A stretch of DNA of 57,698 nucleotides from Aeromonadales bacterium (GCA_011322365.1 DRNA01000005.1:1-57698), one strand, 5' to 3'. Shown: positions 18,610 through 29,579, counted from the stretch's first letter. Notes: generated by a model not told the origin, from the letters alone. Made by a program: numbers and translations.

Positions 18610-19626
18610 TTAGAAAAAACGATCAAAATGGATCTGTTCAAAAGGGACTTTATAATCGATCATCAATAAACGTTGTACGGCTGCTGTCATTGGTGGAGGA
18701 CCACAAAAATAAAACTCAAAGTCAGGAATGCTTGAACCCAGAATTTTTTCTACATATTCATGCACAAAACAACATTCTCCATCCCATCCCTGCTCAGCAG
18801 AAAGTTCAACGTCAGAAGTGACATTATGACAGCTTAACTGTTCACCATTAGCATCCATTTCAGATACAAGCTGAGGCGTACAAATATCAGCTGGGGCTCT
18901 ACCGCCATAAAACATGATAATTTTTTTATTTTTGTATTGTCCATTGGTAGTCATAGCTCTGGCAATTGACATCATCGGAGACAAACCCGACCCCCCACCG
19001 ATACAGACTACATCACGTTCAATTTCGGGCCTTAAATAGGATAAACCGTAAGGACCATCCAGTTTGATGCTATCACCCTGTTTTAATTTATTAAATAAAA
19101 AGTCACTCCCAGAACCACCGGGCATTTTTTTTATGATAAAGGTCCAGTCTCCCATTTCATTGCTATTATTTGACATTGAATAGGCTCGATCACCCGCTAC
19201 TCCAGGTAATGTCAGCATAGCAAACTGCCCAGGCATAAACCTGGCAGGAAAATTGTCCTTAAAATGAAACTCAGACATGTCAGCAGTTAATTTACGCTGT
19301 CCTACATAAGTTACTGATCTACGTTGAGGAATATAATCCGGTGTATCAGAATGATCTTCACCAAAAGCAATTTCACAATCTGTTACAGGTTTACATTGAC
19401 AGGCAAGTCGCTTACCTTTTCGAATATCTCTTGGGGATAATCCAGGCGGTGCATCCCAGGTAGACAATACTTTTCCTTCAATTAAATCAAATTTGCAACT
19501 ACCGCAACCACCAGAATTACATTCATAGGGAATTTTTATTCCTGAACGTATAGCTGCTCTTAAAATAGTATCCTGCTCATCACAATCAAATTGATTTTCT
19601 GAATTTTTAATTTTAATAATTGACAT
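18610..19626 (-). CDS. tmoF: Monooxygenase NADH:ferredoxin oxidoreductase (plant-type 2Fe-2S plus FNR-like domains)
   Basis: 338 aa with CNSGGCGSCKFD..C, RAYSMS (FAD) and GGGSGLSP (NAD). It is the last gene of the tmoABCDEF order. Confidence 0.85.
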   Translation of the reverse strand: MSIIKIKNSENQFDCDEQDTILRAAIRSGIKIPYECNSGGCGSCKFDLIEGKVLSTWDAPPGLSPRDIRKGKRLACQCKPVTDCEIAFGEDHSDTPDYIPQRRSVTYVGQRKLTADMSEFHFKDNFPARFMPGQFAMLTLPGVAGDRAYSMSNNSNEMGDWTFIIKKMPGGSGSDFLFNKLKQGDSIKLDGPYGLSYLRPEIERDVVCIGGGSGLSPMMSIARAMTTNGQYKNKKIIMFYGGRAPADICTPQLVSEMDANGEQLSCHNVTSDVELSAEQGWDGECCFVHEYVEKILGSSIPDFEFYFCGPPPMTAAVQRLLMIDYKVPFEQIHFDRFF

Positions 19627-19752
19627 TATTTTAAAACCTTCTTAAAAACCATTTTAAGAGCATTAAAGACAATGATAAGAAACATTATAAAACACTACAC
19701 TTCATAGCATTTTCAGGAGCTGTGTAACTAGCTCCTGAAAAAATGATATAAA

Positions 19753-20757
19753 CTACGAATTAAGCCCAATATTTGTCAATAGCCCATGAGTAACTGATTT
19801 GGCTTCAGCTGCTGCATCAGGGATATCAGGTAAGGCTTCACAATAGGTATCGATAGCGGCATCAGCCAGGGGCAGCCATTTATCGATCCAACCTTGTAAT
19901 ACAGCTTGATTACCTTCAGTGTCCAGAGCCATTTTAACAAGTGCAGCTGACCAGCGGCGATGACGTTCTGCATCACGCATTTGGGCTTGAGTCAATAAAC
20001 CCAACAAGGTGTCGTTATTATTTCGAGCAGCATTTCCTAATTGAACAAGTACCGCTTCTTCAATCGCAGGCTTGGCAATTAGATTAATGGCAACAAACGC
20101 CTCAGCCCAATCCCAGGCAATCAGAGCTTTTTCCATCAGTTCACGGAAACCTTGCCAGGCAACATCATTTTCCCAAATTTCTCGTTCATTTTCACCAAAA
20201 CCGTGGGCTGGATAGGCATTTGCCAGTTCACGTGTACGATAAGCCGTATGAGAAAGCCAGCGTAAGCTATCTGCCGTTTGATAGGTAGCACAATTAGTGA
20301 TAGTACTGGCCGGAGCCATTTGATGAATATAAGATGATCCAAGTTGCAATGTATGAAATAAATAACGCGTAGGAGCATATAATTTTGCCAGAAGCAAAAC
20401 CCATTCCTCACTCAACATTTGATCATGGCCTCTATCACTGAATTGATCGAACAAACCTGTTACATAAGTTTCCTGACCATCCTGCTGTAAGTTATAAGTA
20501 CGATAAATCAATTGATCAGGGTCACGAAAAGCATCCCAGTCTTCACATTTTAACGGGCTCTCATTGCGATACTTTCGATACCACTTTGCCATTGGAATAT
20601 TAGGATCTAATTCCCAGGGATTGTCCGGGTTGTCCATATGATAATGTAAATTTGTTGATACAATTTCATATTCACTGGGTCTTCGACGGTTGCCCGCAAG
20701 ATGAGACCAGGTTTTAAGTGGTTTCAGTACTTCTGGAGCTTCTGTTTGATCTGACAT
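19753..20757 (-). CDS. tmoE: Toluene/benzene monooxygenase hydroxylase beta subunit
   Basis: 334 aa. Position and length match TmoE/TouE; ferritin-like helices lack the full diiron ligands. Confidence 0.85.
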   Translation of the reverse strand: MSDQTEAPEVLKPLKTWSHLAGNRRRPSEYEIVSTNLHYHMDNPDNPWELDPNIPMAKWYRKYRNESPLKCEDWDAFRDPDQLIYRTYNLQQDGQETYVTGLFDQFSDRGHDQMLSEEWVLLLAKLYAPTRYLFHTLQLGSSYIHQMAPASTITNCATYQTADSLRWLSHTAYRTRELANAYPAHGFGENEREIWENDVAWQGFRELMEKALIAWDWAEAFVAINLIAKPAIEEAVLVQLGNAARNNNDTLLGLLTQAQMRDAERHRRWSAALVKMALDTEGNQAVLQGWIDKWLPLADAAIDTYCEALPDIPDAAAEAKSVTHGLLTNIGLNS

Positions 20758-20809
20758 TTTTTTATCCTCAATTTTTTTAGATTCTTTAAGTACGAATCAA
20801 AGAACTTAT

Positions 20810-21121
20810 TTAAAGTTGTATATCGTTATAAAATCTGACTTTCTCAGAATCTGTCTGGATCTGACCTGCAAACGAACTCAGGTTAATTTCTATCTCCTGC
20901 ATTCTAAAAGGGCGACCCAAACATTCTTCCATTGATTCCCGTGTCAAAATTAATTCATCATCAGCCGCTATTCTCAAATAAGCTATCCTGTCATCTACAA
21001 AAATTTCTTTTCCAGGATTATCCATTTCAGCAGCTTCAACTGTTGCCTGAGCAACATCACCAGCTCGCATTACGGGTCCCACACGATTATTATTAATCGC
21101 ATCTCCTGCGTTTGTAGTCAT
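20810..21121 (-). CDS. tmoD: Monooxygenase effector (coupling) protein, MmoB/DmpM family
   Basis: 103 aa. [53 protein letters not shown] is nearly collinear with my memory of P. mendocina TmoD. Confidence 0.88.
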   Translation of the reverse strand: MTTNAGDAINNNRVGPVMRAGDVAQATVEAAEMDNPGKEIFVDDRIAYLRIAADDELILTRESMEECLGRPFRMQEIEINLSSFAGQIQTDSEKVRFYNDIQL

Positions 21122-21202
21122 CTTTTTTACCTCTATAATTTAAGAGTCCTATACATTAAATATTTTGTTCTTATAACGATTGAACTCTAACAAATATTAA
21201 AA

Positions 21203-21541
21203 TCAACTATGGGACTTACAGGGTTCAATTCCTACAACATCCACATAAATATCATCACCTTCTATTTTTACAGGATACTCAGCTATCTGACAGTCTGAAG
21301 GGTTTATCCCCTTTCCCGTATTAGAATCAAACTGCCATAAATGTGCTTTACAGGTGAGAACTTTGCCGTCAAATTCTCCTTCAACAAGTTCAATTTCCTG
21401 ATGAGGGCACATCGCTTGAAAAGCTTTAATGCCACCACCTTCTAAACCTAATATCAAAACTTCGACTCCATTACTGGTTTCGAATGCATCCATGTCACCT
21501 TCCCACACATCATCGAGAGTACAAATTTTTTCAAAAGCCAT
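21203..21541 (-). CDS. tmoC: Rieske-type [2Fe-2S] ferredoxin of the monooxygenase
   Basis: 112 aa with Rieske ligands CPHQ...[19 protein letters not shown] resembles TmoC. Confidence 0.9.
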   Translation of the reverse strand: MAFEKICTLDDVWEGDMDAFETSNGVEVLILGLEGGGIKAFQAMCPHQEIELVEGEFDGKVLTCKAHLWQFDSNTGKGINPSDCQIAEYPVKIEGDDIYVDVVGIEPCKSHS

Positions 21542-21554
21542 AGCTAATTTACCC

Positions 21555-21815
21555 TCAGCTATCCATAAAAAGAATGTCGAGGGTTTCTGTCGGGCGAATA
21601 CCCGAATCAGCTACGGTCATATCACGTGGGAAAAGTTCACCCTTTTCATGATGTCTGACCCTGAGTACTTTATCAGGCTGTGGACGCACACGACGGTTAA
21701 GAGAATGATGAGCACATTTTTCAGCAACCTGATCCATTGTATCCTCAGTATCAACAGGTACCAGCTGGATAACAAAATCTCTCTCAAAATTGGAATGTAT
21801 CGGAAATAATGCCAT
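21555..21815 (-). CDS. tmoB: Toluene monooxygenase hydroxylase gamma subunit
   Basis: 86 aa. [48 protein letters not shown] matches remembered TmoB. Confidence 0.85.
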   Translation of the reverse strand: MALFPIHSNFERDFVIQLVPVDTEDTMDQVAEKCAHHSLNRRVRPQPDKVLRVRHHEKGELFPRDMTVADSGIRPTETLDILFMDS

Positions 21816-21851
21816 ATTTTTTTACCTCAAATAATTTTGTTAATATCTGCC

Positions 21852-23351
21852 CTATGCGGCATTTTCGGTTTTAGTGCTATATGCTTTAACCCATTCATAA
21901 TTATGAGCATCATCACCCATTTCACCGGGAGAGAGCCCCATATAAGCCAATCCACCCATTAAATCAGGAGGCTGAATCTCACCAGCAAGGAAACGATCAA
22001 TAAAATTCATGTGCCCTTTATAACGTTCTGGATCAATCTGGAAACACCAGCGATCAGGCTCAGAACCGAAGTGGTAGAGACGACCTTCATACTCAAGTGG
22101 ATAATCTTTCACATTCCAGTCATTACCTGGCGTACCCACAATAGGAACATTGGACATGTTACAAATGGTCGGCAGGGTTTCAGGACCAGTTAACTCAGGC
22201 TTACCATTTTGTAAATTATCGACAATGACATCCCAGCACTGTCCCCATGTATCATTCCAGCCAGGGTATTTTTCTTCTAACCATTCACGCTCATCAGGTG
22301 TTACTCCTGCTGCTGGATTCCACCATACTGTTGGACGCCAGTACCATACACCTAAATGCATACCGTGATGAGTTTCATCCAGTGCACGCATAAATTCATC
22401 CCAGTACCAGGGTTTATCCAGGCCTAAATCCAGTAACTGGCGTTCAAACTGGGCCACAATCCACTCCAGCATAAATTCTTTAAAGGATTGTTTACGAGCT
22501 TTTAAAGGTGTGTAGTAATCCATGATTGGTCCAGTCAAAACTGAAAACAGTTTCCAGGCTCGCCAGATAGCAGCATCCACTAATGTTTGAGCTTCTTCTT
22601 TTTTCCCATTGGCAAGTAGAATTTTAAGCGATGGGCCACCTTGTTGAGCATGACGAGATTCATCAGTCTGGATACTGGAGATTAAACTTGCAAATGTATG
22701 ATCACCAGCTTCAGCAGCATCTGCCGCAAGACCAAGGAATTGCATGTTGGTGAAACCTGTCTCAAATGCAAACGTCAGCATAATAGATACCGCTACCGCA
22801 TCACGAGTCATCATTGCATCATCAAAAAAACTTCGTGCAGCTATAGCTCCCCATTCATTGGTATGGAGGGCTTTATGGGCCCAATCCCACTGTCGGCTTC
22901 GTTTGACATTGGCGTGAGGAAAATATAGCTGGATCTGCCCATGACGATTTTCATCCATCATACCGAATACCGCCATATTTCTATTTCCAGGTGCCTTGGC
23001 AAAACGTGCCATACGTGCCTCACCAGTACTGGCAGCATACTCCGCCAGGGCTATTGCACCATAATGCGCAATCATGGTACTTACCCAACCGGGATCCGCT
23101 CTATCGACAAAAGAATCACGTTCCAGAGCAGCCTTTACAGAATAGGCGCCTGAATCTTTTTCACGTTGAATATTGACATACTCAGAGTAAACGACTTTAT
23201 AAGGCTCATCATATTCTTCCCAGGCTTCTGCGGGTATGCCACGGTGACCGCTCATCTCATCAGGAAAAAGCTCCTCTTCCGAAACATATTTTGTAGTCCA
23301 GTTAGTAGTACGCGTTAAGTCATACCATTCTTCTCTTTTTAACATTGCCAT
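21852..23351 (-). CDS. tmoA: Toluene/benzene monooxygenase hydroxylase alpha subunit (soluble diiron monooxygenase, four-component group)
   Basis: 499 aa. Two E...ExxH diiron motifs are visible (MMDENRHGQ and QTDESRHAQ). Confidence 0.92.
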   Translation of the reverse strand: MAMLKREEWYDLTRTTNWTTKYVSEEELFPDEMSGHRGIPAEAWEEYDEPYKVVYSEYVNIQREKDSGAYSVKAALERDSFVDRADPGWVSTMIAHYGAIALAEYAASTGEARMARFAKAPGNRNMAVFGMMDENRHGQIQLYFPHANVKRSRQWDWAHKALHTNEWGAIAARSFFDDAMMTRDAVAVSIMLTFAFETGFTNMQFLGLAADAAEAGDHTFASLISSIQTDESRHAQQGGPSLKILLANGKKEEAQTLVDAAIWRAWKLFSVLTGPIMDYYTPLKARKQSFKEFMLEWIVAQFERQLLDLGLDKPWYWDEFMRALDETHHGMHLGVWYWRPTVWWNPAAGVTPDEREWLEEKYPGWNDTWGQCWDVIVDNLQNGKPELTGPETLPTICNMSNVPIVGTPGNDWNVKDYPLEYEGRLYHFGSEPDRWCFQIDPERYKGHMNFIDRFLAGEIQPPDLMGGLAYMGLSPGEMGDDAHNYEWVKAYSTKTENAA

Positions 23352-23383
23352 AACTTTATCCTCTAGTTTACTTACTTTAAATT

Positions 23384-23815
23384 TTATTCATTTTGTTGCA
23401 GAATTGCTTTTATACCCGCCTCAGCACATTCAACATCCTGTTCTGCTGAACCACCTGATACACCAATCGCACCAATTAGCTGATCATTGACTCTTATAGG
23501 TAACCCACCACCAAAAACAACCAGTCTATCTCTACCCGGCATCCCGGTTTTTAACATCTCATCTTCCTCAAAAATATCCTTCCATTGTGAAGTTGGGAAA
23601 CCAAAACTTGCCGAGGTGAAGGCTTTATCTTTTGCAATCTCAATGGAGTGAATAAAAGCCCCTGGCATTCGCAAAAATGCCATGGGGAGCCCTGCAGAAT
23701 CCACAACTTCAACATTAATTAAAATATCCAGTTGCCTGGCTTTCTCTACAGCGGCCTCAACTGCAATATGAGCAGCTTCGGCCGTAATGGATTGTTGATT
23801 TATAATAACATTCAC
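23384..23815 (-). CDS. GlcG/HbpS-like (DUF336, haem-binding/degrading type) protein
   Basis: 143 aa with a GTG start. VVDSAG.P.AF.RM.GA...S..IA..KA.T...F and a GG.P....G..IGAIGVSGG signature. Confidence 0.7.
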   Translation of the reverse strand: MNVIINQQSITAEAAHIAVEAAVEKARQLDILINVEVVDSAGLPMAFLRMPGAFIHSIEIAKDKAFTSASFGFPTSQWKDIFEEDEMLKTGMPGRDRLVVFGGGLPIRVNDQLIGAIGVSGGSAEQDVECAEAGIKAILQQNE

Positions 23816-23824
23816 AGAGATAAC

Positions 23825-24769
23825 CTAGGTATACACCGTAGTGAATGATTCAACCAGTTCTCTGGTATGATAGAAAATACCGGCACCCAGTTCATCTTCA
23901 GTCCAGGTAGTCACCGGTCTATCGGGCTGTGCCAGATAACCCAGTCCGCCAAAGGTTTCATTACGATTGCCCGAGGGATCAAAGAAATAAATCGTATAAC
24001 CTCGGGTAATACCATGTCGCTGAGGAGTGACATCAATTTTCACACGATTTTTAGACATAACATCAGCTGCTTTTAATACATCTTCCCAACTGTCAAGGAA
24101 AAAGGCCGCATGATGTAATCCTGGAACTGGCCCTCCTACAAAAGCAATATCGTGGGGCGTATTACTGCAACTTAACCAGGTCGCTAACTGAAAAGCCCCT
24201 TCCGGTCCAACAACAACCTGTTCTACCAGGTAGAAACCCAGTACGTTAATCATGAAATCCGTGGATTCCTTGACCTTGTTAACCTGTTCTTCAGGATTAA
24301 ATTCACACATTAAGAGCGCATGATCAAGCCAATGGACCCCGGCACCTTTAAGTCCATCCGGCCAGGGATCAGGATTTATACTACCTACCGAAGTTCCTAC
24401 CAATTCTTTTTCAGCATAAAGATACATTTCATGTTCGCTGGGTAGTTTAAATTTAAGTGCCCGACCCACACATTCCAGAGTACCAGCTGGAACTTCTTCT
24501 ACCTCAATTCCGTAATCGGCAATACTTTGCTTGTAAGTATCAAGGTCGGCATCTGATTTAACCTTATAAGCTATATGATTCATACCAGCTTTATCTGCCT
24601 TGCTCAGTATTACTGAATATTTATCCCATTCATCCCAGCCTTTTAAATAAACATTGCCCGATGCATCTTCATGGGTTTTGATCATGCCATTAACATTGAC
24701 ATAATGGTTAACTGCTTCCTCCATATCCAGCACTCGGATATTAATATGACCTATACGCAACACGCTCAT
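23825..24769 (-). CDS. dmpB: Catechol 2,3-dioxygenase (extradiol, type I)
   Basis: 314 aa with two VOC modules. [16 protein letters not shown].., HIAYKV, HDIAF and [25 protein letters not shown] resemble XylE/DmpB. Confidence 0.93.
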   Translation of the reverse strand: MSVLRIGHINIRVLDMEEAVNHYVNVNGMIKTHEDASGNVYLKGWDEWDKYSVILSKADKAGMNHIAYKVKSDADLDTYKQSIADYGIEVEEVPAGTLECVGRALKFKLPSEHEMYLYAEKELVGTSVGSINPDPWPDGLKGAGVHWLDHALLMCEFNPEEQVNKVKESTDFMINVLGFYLVEQVVVGPEGAFQLATWLSCSNTPHDIAFVGGPVPGLHHAAFFLDSWEDVLKAADVMSKNRVKIDVTPQRHGITRGYTIYFFDPSGNRNETFGGLGYLAQPDRPVTTWTEDELGAGIFYHTRELVESFTTVYT

Positions 24770-24811
24770 TTTATATTTCCTCTTTTTATTAAAAATTTCA
24801 AAAATCCTGTC

Positions 24812-25159
24812 TTATATTATTCCGTATTTTTTTATTACTGGTGGTTTAAGAACATTTTTAGACATCTTACCAATAACTTTTAAGCAAACATCGCTTGATG
24901 GCATTGTTCTACACGCCAATATTTTTCTCTGTTCAAAATCTGTTTTACTCACATGCTCACTACTCATACTTTTTGTTTCAACTTCACCTTCAATAATCTG
25001 AATTTTGCACACACCACAACCACCGCCATGACATCCCGAAGGAATACCACGCTTACCCATGGCAGCCATGGCGGACAGGATGGTTTGTCCTTCTTTGCAA
25101 TAAAAAGATTCACCTGTTTCTTCAATAACAACCTCATAACGATTTAACGACGTATACAT
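24812..25159 (-). CDS. dmpQ: XylT/DmpQ-type plant ferredoxin (reactivates catechol 2,3-dioxygenase)
   Basis: 115 aa with CHGGGCGVCK...C. It sits immediately upstream of the dioxygenase gene, as in xyl/dmp operons. Confidence 0.85.
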   Translation of the reverse strand: MYTSLNRYEVVIEETGESFYCKEGQTILSAMAAMGKRGIPSGCHGGGCGVCKIQIIEGEVETKSMSSEHVSKTDFEQRKILACRTMPSSDVCLKVIGKMSKNVLKPPVIKKYGII

Positions 25160-25164
25160 AAATT

Positions 25165-26229
25165 TTATATGGTTTTAAATAATGGACTTTTTGGCTTTTC
25201 ATTAGCACTGGCTTTGGTATAGAAATTTTCCATATACATATCCCGTTCAAAAAGACGACCTTTCATCAATGTGGTGATGCAGGCATCTATCATCGGGGGA
25301 GGTCCACACATATAAGCTTTATGGCCCGAAAATTTTCCTGCAAAATGAGCATCAAGTGCTTCATGAACATATCCCCGGGCACCCGACCAGTCTGAACCTT
25401 CCGGTTCATCTGAAACAACTGGAACATAAGTGAAATTTTTATGCTCCTCAGCCAGCTCCTTAAACATATCACTATAATAAAGTTCGGCCTGATTTCTTGC
25501 CCCATAAATAAATGTAATTTCTCTTTGTTCATCCTGTTCAAACAGATCCAGAATCATAGATTTTGGACTGGATAAACCCGACCCTCCCGCCAGAAAAATC
25601 ATCGGCTCGGGGTTGGATTTTCTTACGAAAAATCGCCCATAGGGTCCATTGAATTTGATTTCATCACCCACCTTGAGTTGTTCATGAATCCATTGAGTAC
25701 CTTTTCCACCTTCGATAAGGCAGATATTTAATTCAATCAGGTTACTTTCAGAAGGTGGACTGGCAATGGAAAATGCCCGAGGCTCTTCTTCCATTCCAGG
25801 TAATAATAAATTGACATAGTGACCAGCCTGAAATTTTATCTCACCATTGGCAATCGCAAGAAATACAGATTTAATGCGAGGCGTTAAGGTTTCAATTTTT
25901 GTTACAGTGCCAATAAAATCCTGAACTTTGTAGTTTACTGCATCCGGTTCTTCTTCAATATCCGCTTCTATGGTTAAATCACTTAGAGGTGTTGCGCAGC
26001 AGGCCAGGCATTTACCTTCATCGCGTTCCATATCCATTAAAGCAAAGGGTGAAGCATCACCCTGTTCAATATCACCATCAACCACATCTACCTTGCAGGT
26101 TGCACAAAGACCATGACCACAGGCATGAGGAAGATAAACCCCAGCCCTTAAAGCTGCATCCAGCAAAGTTTGTCCTTCTTCAACTTCAATAACATCCCCG
26201 CTGGGTTCAATTGTCACTTCATAAGACAT
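25165..26229 (-). CDS. dmpP: Phenol hydroxylase reductase component P5
   Basis: 354 aa with CGHGLCATCKVD..C 2Fe-2S, RAFSIAS (FAD) and GGSGLSSP (NAD). Confidence 0.9.
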   Translation of the reverse strand: MSYEVTIEPSGDVIEVEEGQTLLDAALRAGVYLPHACGHGLCATCKVDVVDGDIEQGDASPFALMDMERDEGKCLACCATPLSDLTIEADIEEEPDAVNYKVQDFIGTVTKIETLTPRIKSVFLAIANGEIKFQAGHYVNLLLPGMEEEPRAFSIASPPSESNLIELNICLIEGGKGTQWIHEQLKVGDEIKFNGPYGRFFVRKSNPEPMIFLAGGSGLSSPKSMILDLFEQDEQREITFIYGARNQAELYYSDMFKELAEEHKNFTYVPVVSDEPEGSDWSGARGYVHEALDAHFAGKFSGHKAYMCGPPPMIDACITTLMKGRLFERDMYMENFYTKASANEKPKSPLFKTI

Positions 26230-26237
26230 TTTACCTC

Positions 26238-26597
26238 CTAGCTCCCAGAGCCTCCAATACCATTGAGACCAGGGGTCACAAATCGAATGACTGATTTATG
26301 GCCAATGCCATTATCTTTCAAACTGGCTTCCAGTTTCGGTGAAAAGGGTTCATTATCAAGTTGCCATTCCACGCTAGCCCAGTCAATTGATGACCATTCC
26401 GGGTGTGCACCAAAAGCAGCAGGCATCACCTCGTTCTGGAATGCACCAAAAGGCATATCAGGAGGTAAGGGAAATGCCATTGGGCTACTTATCATCAAGT
26501 GATGATCCCATCCAATAATAACCATCTGGTTACCATGAAAATTTTCAACGTTGTCTTTAACAAGAGCGGGGTATTCGCCAATTGATTTAACAGACAT
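26238..26597 (-). CDS. dmpO: Phenol hydroxylase gamma subunit P4
   Basis: 119 aa. Position and size are canonical, between P3 and P5. Confidence 0.8.
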   Translation of the reverse strand: MSVKSIGEYPALVKDNVENFHGNQMVIIGWDHHLMISSPMAFPLPPDMPFGAFQNEVMPAAFGAHPEWSSIDWASVEWQLDNEPFSPKLEASLKDNGIGHKSVIRFVTPGLNGIGGSGS

Positions 26598-26667
26598 ATA
26601 ATATTCTCCTAAAATATCAAAACCTAAATGAATATGTTTTTTTCATATATAATGCTATTTAGTTATT

Positions 26668-28191
26668 TTAACTGGCTTTGGATGTAGATGATTCTTCGTC
26701 ATCCAGCCCCTTCCACTCTTTCCAACGCTTCTCATCAGGAGAACCTACATAATCCATATTGTCAGCTCCTAGCTCAAAGCCATACCATTTAAGTACATTT
26801 TCCAAACCTTCTCCTCCACAGTTACCCTGAAATATTTGTTGTGGTGGTAACCAAGCCTGAACATATTTTTCAGGTTCATTCTCGAAAATGGTTTTACAGG
26901 GATCAGAACAGAAATGATATTTCTCACCTTCATATTCAGTAGTGCGATAGGCTATCTGTGTCATATCATCGACTTCAGTGAAACCCATCGGGATCTGGCA
27001 GGTTTGACAGATACAGGGTAATGTCTGACTGTAATAACGTTCACCTTTTGCTTCCTGTTCTTTCCAGTGTTCGAAACGTGGACGATAATATTTATCAAAT
27101 GTATCGGGATATTTTTCTGATAGCCAGGCCATTTTCTTTTCATCTGGCATCCAGGTATGGATTGCAGCTGCAGCAGTATGATTGTATAAAATACCCCAAA
27201 TCTGATGACTTAAATGCTCCTTTTCCACAGAACAGATATTGGCGTAGTCAGGCATTTTGATGCCATAACGTTCAAGATCTTTAAATAATGCGCCACCGTT
27301 TTCTTCGAAATAAATCTCCCAGGCCTCTTTCCAGGACATTGGGCTTTCTGGCAACATGTAGTCCATCATGGCTGATACCAGACTTAAAACCTTATAACCA
27401 CGCCACAACCACTTGTCGATCCATTTTTGAACGATGGGGACATTATCTTCATCCTGTTCCAACATAAATTTAATTGCTTCAAGACCTAATGTCATATGTC
27501 TAGCTTCATCAGATTGTGCTGAGAAACCGAATGTAACTGTTGATAGATCACCGTTATAAGCTGCACCTGACATAAAGGGTACAAATAATAAATTGGTTAA
27601 GACATATTCAAACGAAAAACCAACTGCTACCATAAATTCAAATGGGCCAGCACTGTTTGCATCATCAAAAAATGACTTGGGAACAGAGAGATACCAGACA
27701 CGGTCATGCCATTTACTGAAATCATGCAAACCATCAAAGAACTTATTATAATGACTGATAGTATGAACCTGTGTCTGGATATGACGTAATTCATCCAGTG
27801 ATTGCATCTGACAGGCAACTCTTGCTCCCTCGCCAGTAAAGTGACGTCCCTGACGAGCAAAGCCACGGTGGGCCTGGTACTCCAGCGGCGATACACCCTG
27901 AATAAATAATTTAAGAGCATTTACATATCTTGCATCAGTAATGTTTAAATGCCCATTATTCTGGGAAAATGCATCCATTATCGCATAGAGCTTCTTTTCT
28001 TTTTCACCCTGATATTTCCAATAGGAATCCATTGTCATACGAAAAGGATCTTCCCAGGCTTCCCAATCATGAATTTTAATACCTTCATATTTGTCATAGG
28101 GAAAAACTTTTTCCATCGGTTGGTAACTTGTTTCCCATCCTAAACGGGTCATCAATTTATACCGTTCTCGCATATTTAATTTTTTAGCCAT
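26668..28191 (-). CDS. dmpN: Phenol hydroxylase alpha (diiron) subunit P3
   Basis: 507 aa with diiron motifs SLDELRHIQ and QSDEARHMT. C-terminal Cys-rich YHS-like tail (CQTCQIP..FCSDPC). Confidence 0.93.
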   Translation of the reverse strand: MAKKLNMRERYKLMTRLGWETSYQPMEKVFPYDKYEGIKIHDWEAWEDPFRMTMDSYWKYQGEKEKKLYAIMDAFSQNNGHLNITDARYVNALKLFIQGVSPLEYQAHRGFARQGRHFTGEGARVACQMQSLDELRHIQTQVHTISHYNKFFDGLHDFSKWHDRVWYLSVPKSFFDDANSAGPFEFMVAVGFSFEYVLTNLLFVPFMSGAAYNGDLSTVTFGFSAQSDEARHMTLGLEAIKFMLEQDEDNVPIVQKWIDKWLWRGYKVLSLVSAMMDYMLPESPMSWKEAWEIYFEENGGALFKDLERYGIKMPDYANICSVEKEHLSHQIWGILYNHTAAAAIHTWMPDEKKMAWLSEKYPDTFDKYYRPRFEHWKEQEAKGERYYSQTLPCICQTCQIPMGFTEVDDMTQIAYRTTEYEGEKYHFCSDPCKTIFENEPEKYVQAWLPPQQIFQGNCGGEGLENVLKWYGFELGADNMDYVGSPDEKRWKEWKGLDDEESSTSKAS

Positions 28192-28234
28192 GTGTCAAAT
28201 CCTCGTTACAGTTTGTAATTGTTTATCTATAGAG

Positions 28235-28504
28235 TTAATCGTTCCAATAAATAGTAAAGTGATCTTCATCATCATCAACATGTCCACCAAAGGAAATCAT
28301 CACTAATTGAATATCCTGAGGATCCCATTCAGCCCCGATCAATTCGCTCACTGTTTCTCTTTTAACCACTAATTTTCCTTCTGCAGAAATACGAACCATA
28401 GCAGGCTGACGATCAACCACTGCGTCTGGATTATCCTGAATAATTGCTTCAATAATAGGACGAGCTTCATCATTGTCCTGTAAAGCCAGAAATACTGTAC
28501 TCAT
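28235..28504 (-). CDS. dmpM: Phenol hydroxylase regulatory protein P2 (MmoB/DmpM family)
   Basis: 89 aa, canonical position. Confidence 0.85.
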   Translation of the reverse strand: MSTVFLALQDNDEARPIIEAIIQDNPDAVVDRQPAMVRISAEGKLVVKRETVSELIGAEWDPQDIQLVMISFGGHVDDDEDHFTIYWND

Positions 28505-28521
28505 TTGTTATTCCCCTGTTA

Positions 28522-29514
28522 TTAACTAATACCATTTTTTTGGGCACGTGAAATTAAAGAATTTTTCACCTCTTGCCATGCTTCGGAGCCATTTTCAATA
28601 GATGCTATAGCTAAGGGTTCAAGTGCCTTTTCTGCTCTTTCAAGCCACTTTGTGAACCATTTAGAAACCAGTATCTTATTTGCTTCGGATTCAGAAGTAG
28701 CCACTGCTATCTGCTTATTAACCCAACGTGAGGATTCGGCAAACCAGTCTACTGTAAATTCGGTCAACATTGTGTAAGCTGTAGCACCTTTAGCATTCAT
28801 CTGTTCTTCAAATTTCTGGAAAAATAATGGGTAAACCAGGCCATCCATAACAAAATTCTGCAAAACAAATAGTTCAAACCAGTCCTCAATAACAAAACTG
28901 TCTTCGACTAAGTTGCGTAATTCCTGCCAGATAGGTTTATTTAACCAGTCGTCCTTTGCATTATCGATAGAAGCCGTATCATTTTCTGAAAGTACCAGAC
29001 CAATACGTGTAATATATTGAGCATTACCTAAATGATCAGCTGCATAAAAACTTGCAGCGGAAGTAAGTGCTGTCCCGTAACCCATGGCGCAGATCTGATA
29101 ATTATTCATATTTCCGCCCCATTCATAATGGCGAAGAGGAATAATAAAGTCCTGAATTTTCTTTTTTGCGTCCTCAGGAATTGTTGCTAACAAAGATCGT
29201 TTTTCAACAAATTTAAAATTATTTTCGGTAGAATCCTGTTGTTTTGCTCGAGTAATAACATAATTACCATAATAAAATTGGCGTGGATCAAGAAACTTAT
29301 ACCAGTCACTCATCACCAACTCTGTACGTGTGGCATCATATAATTCTTTATCTGGCTGCCACGTTGGACGATAGTGAAAATTTTCAGTTGCCTGCAGATC
29401 ATAAACAGCCTCCTGGTATCGACTGGCCTGTTTTCCTTCTCCTATCCGTTTAGCAACATGAGTATATGTTTGCCTGACTGGTTTTATTATCTTTGCTTTA
29501 ATATCAATATGCAT
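28522..29514 (-). CDS. dmpL: Phenol hydroxylase beta subunit P1
   Basis: 330 aa, canonical position and size. Confidence 0.88.
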   Translation of the reverse strand: MHIDIKAKIIKPVRQTYTHVAKRIGEGKQASRYQEAVYDLQATENFHYRPTWQPDKELYDATRTELVMSDWYKFLDPRQFYYGNYVITRAKQQDSTENNFKFVEKRSLLATIPEDAKKKIQDFIIPLRHYEWGGNMNNYQICAMGYGTALTSAASFYAADHLGNAQYITRIGLVLSENDTASIDNAKDDWLNKPIWQELRNLVEDSFVIEDWFELFVLQNFVMDGLVYPLFFQKFEEQMNAKGATAYTMLTEFTVDWFAESSRWVNKQIAVATSESEANKILVSKWFTKWLERAEKALEPLAIASIENGSEAWQEVKNSLISRAQKNGIS

Positions 29515-29579
29515 TATTACTTATCCTCTTTCTGTAAAATTTTTAAGTGAACAAATTTTTTCAAAATAAAACTAAAAAA

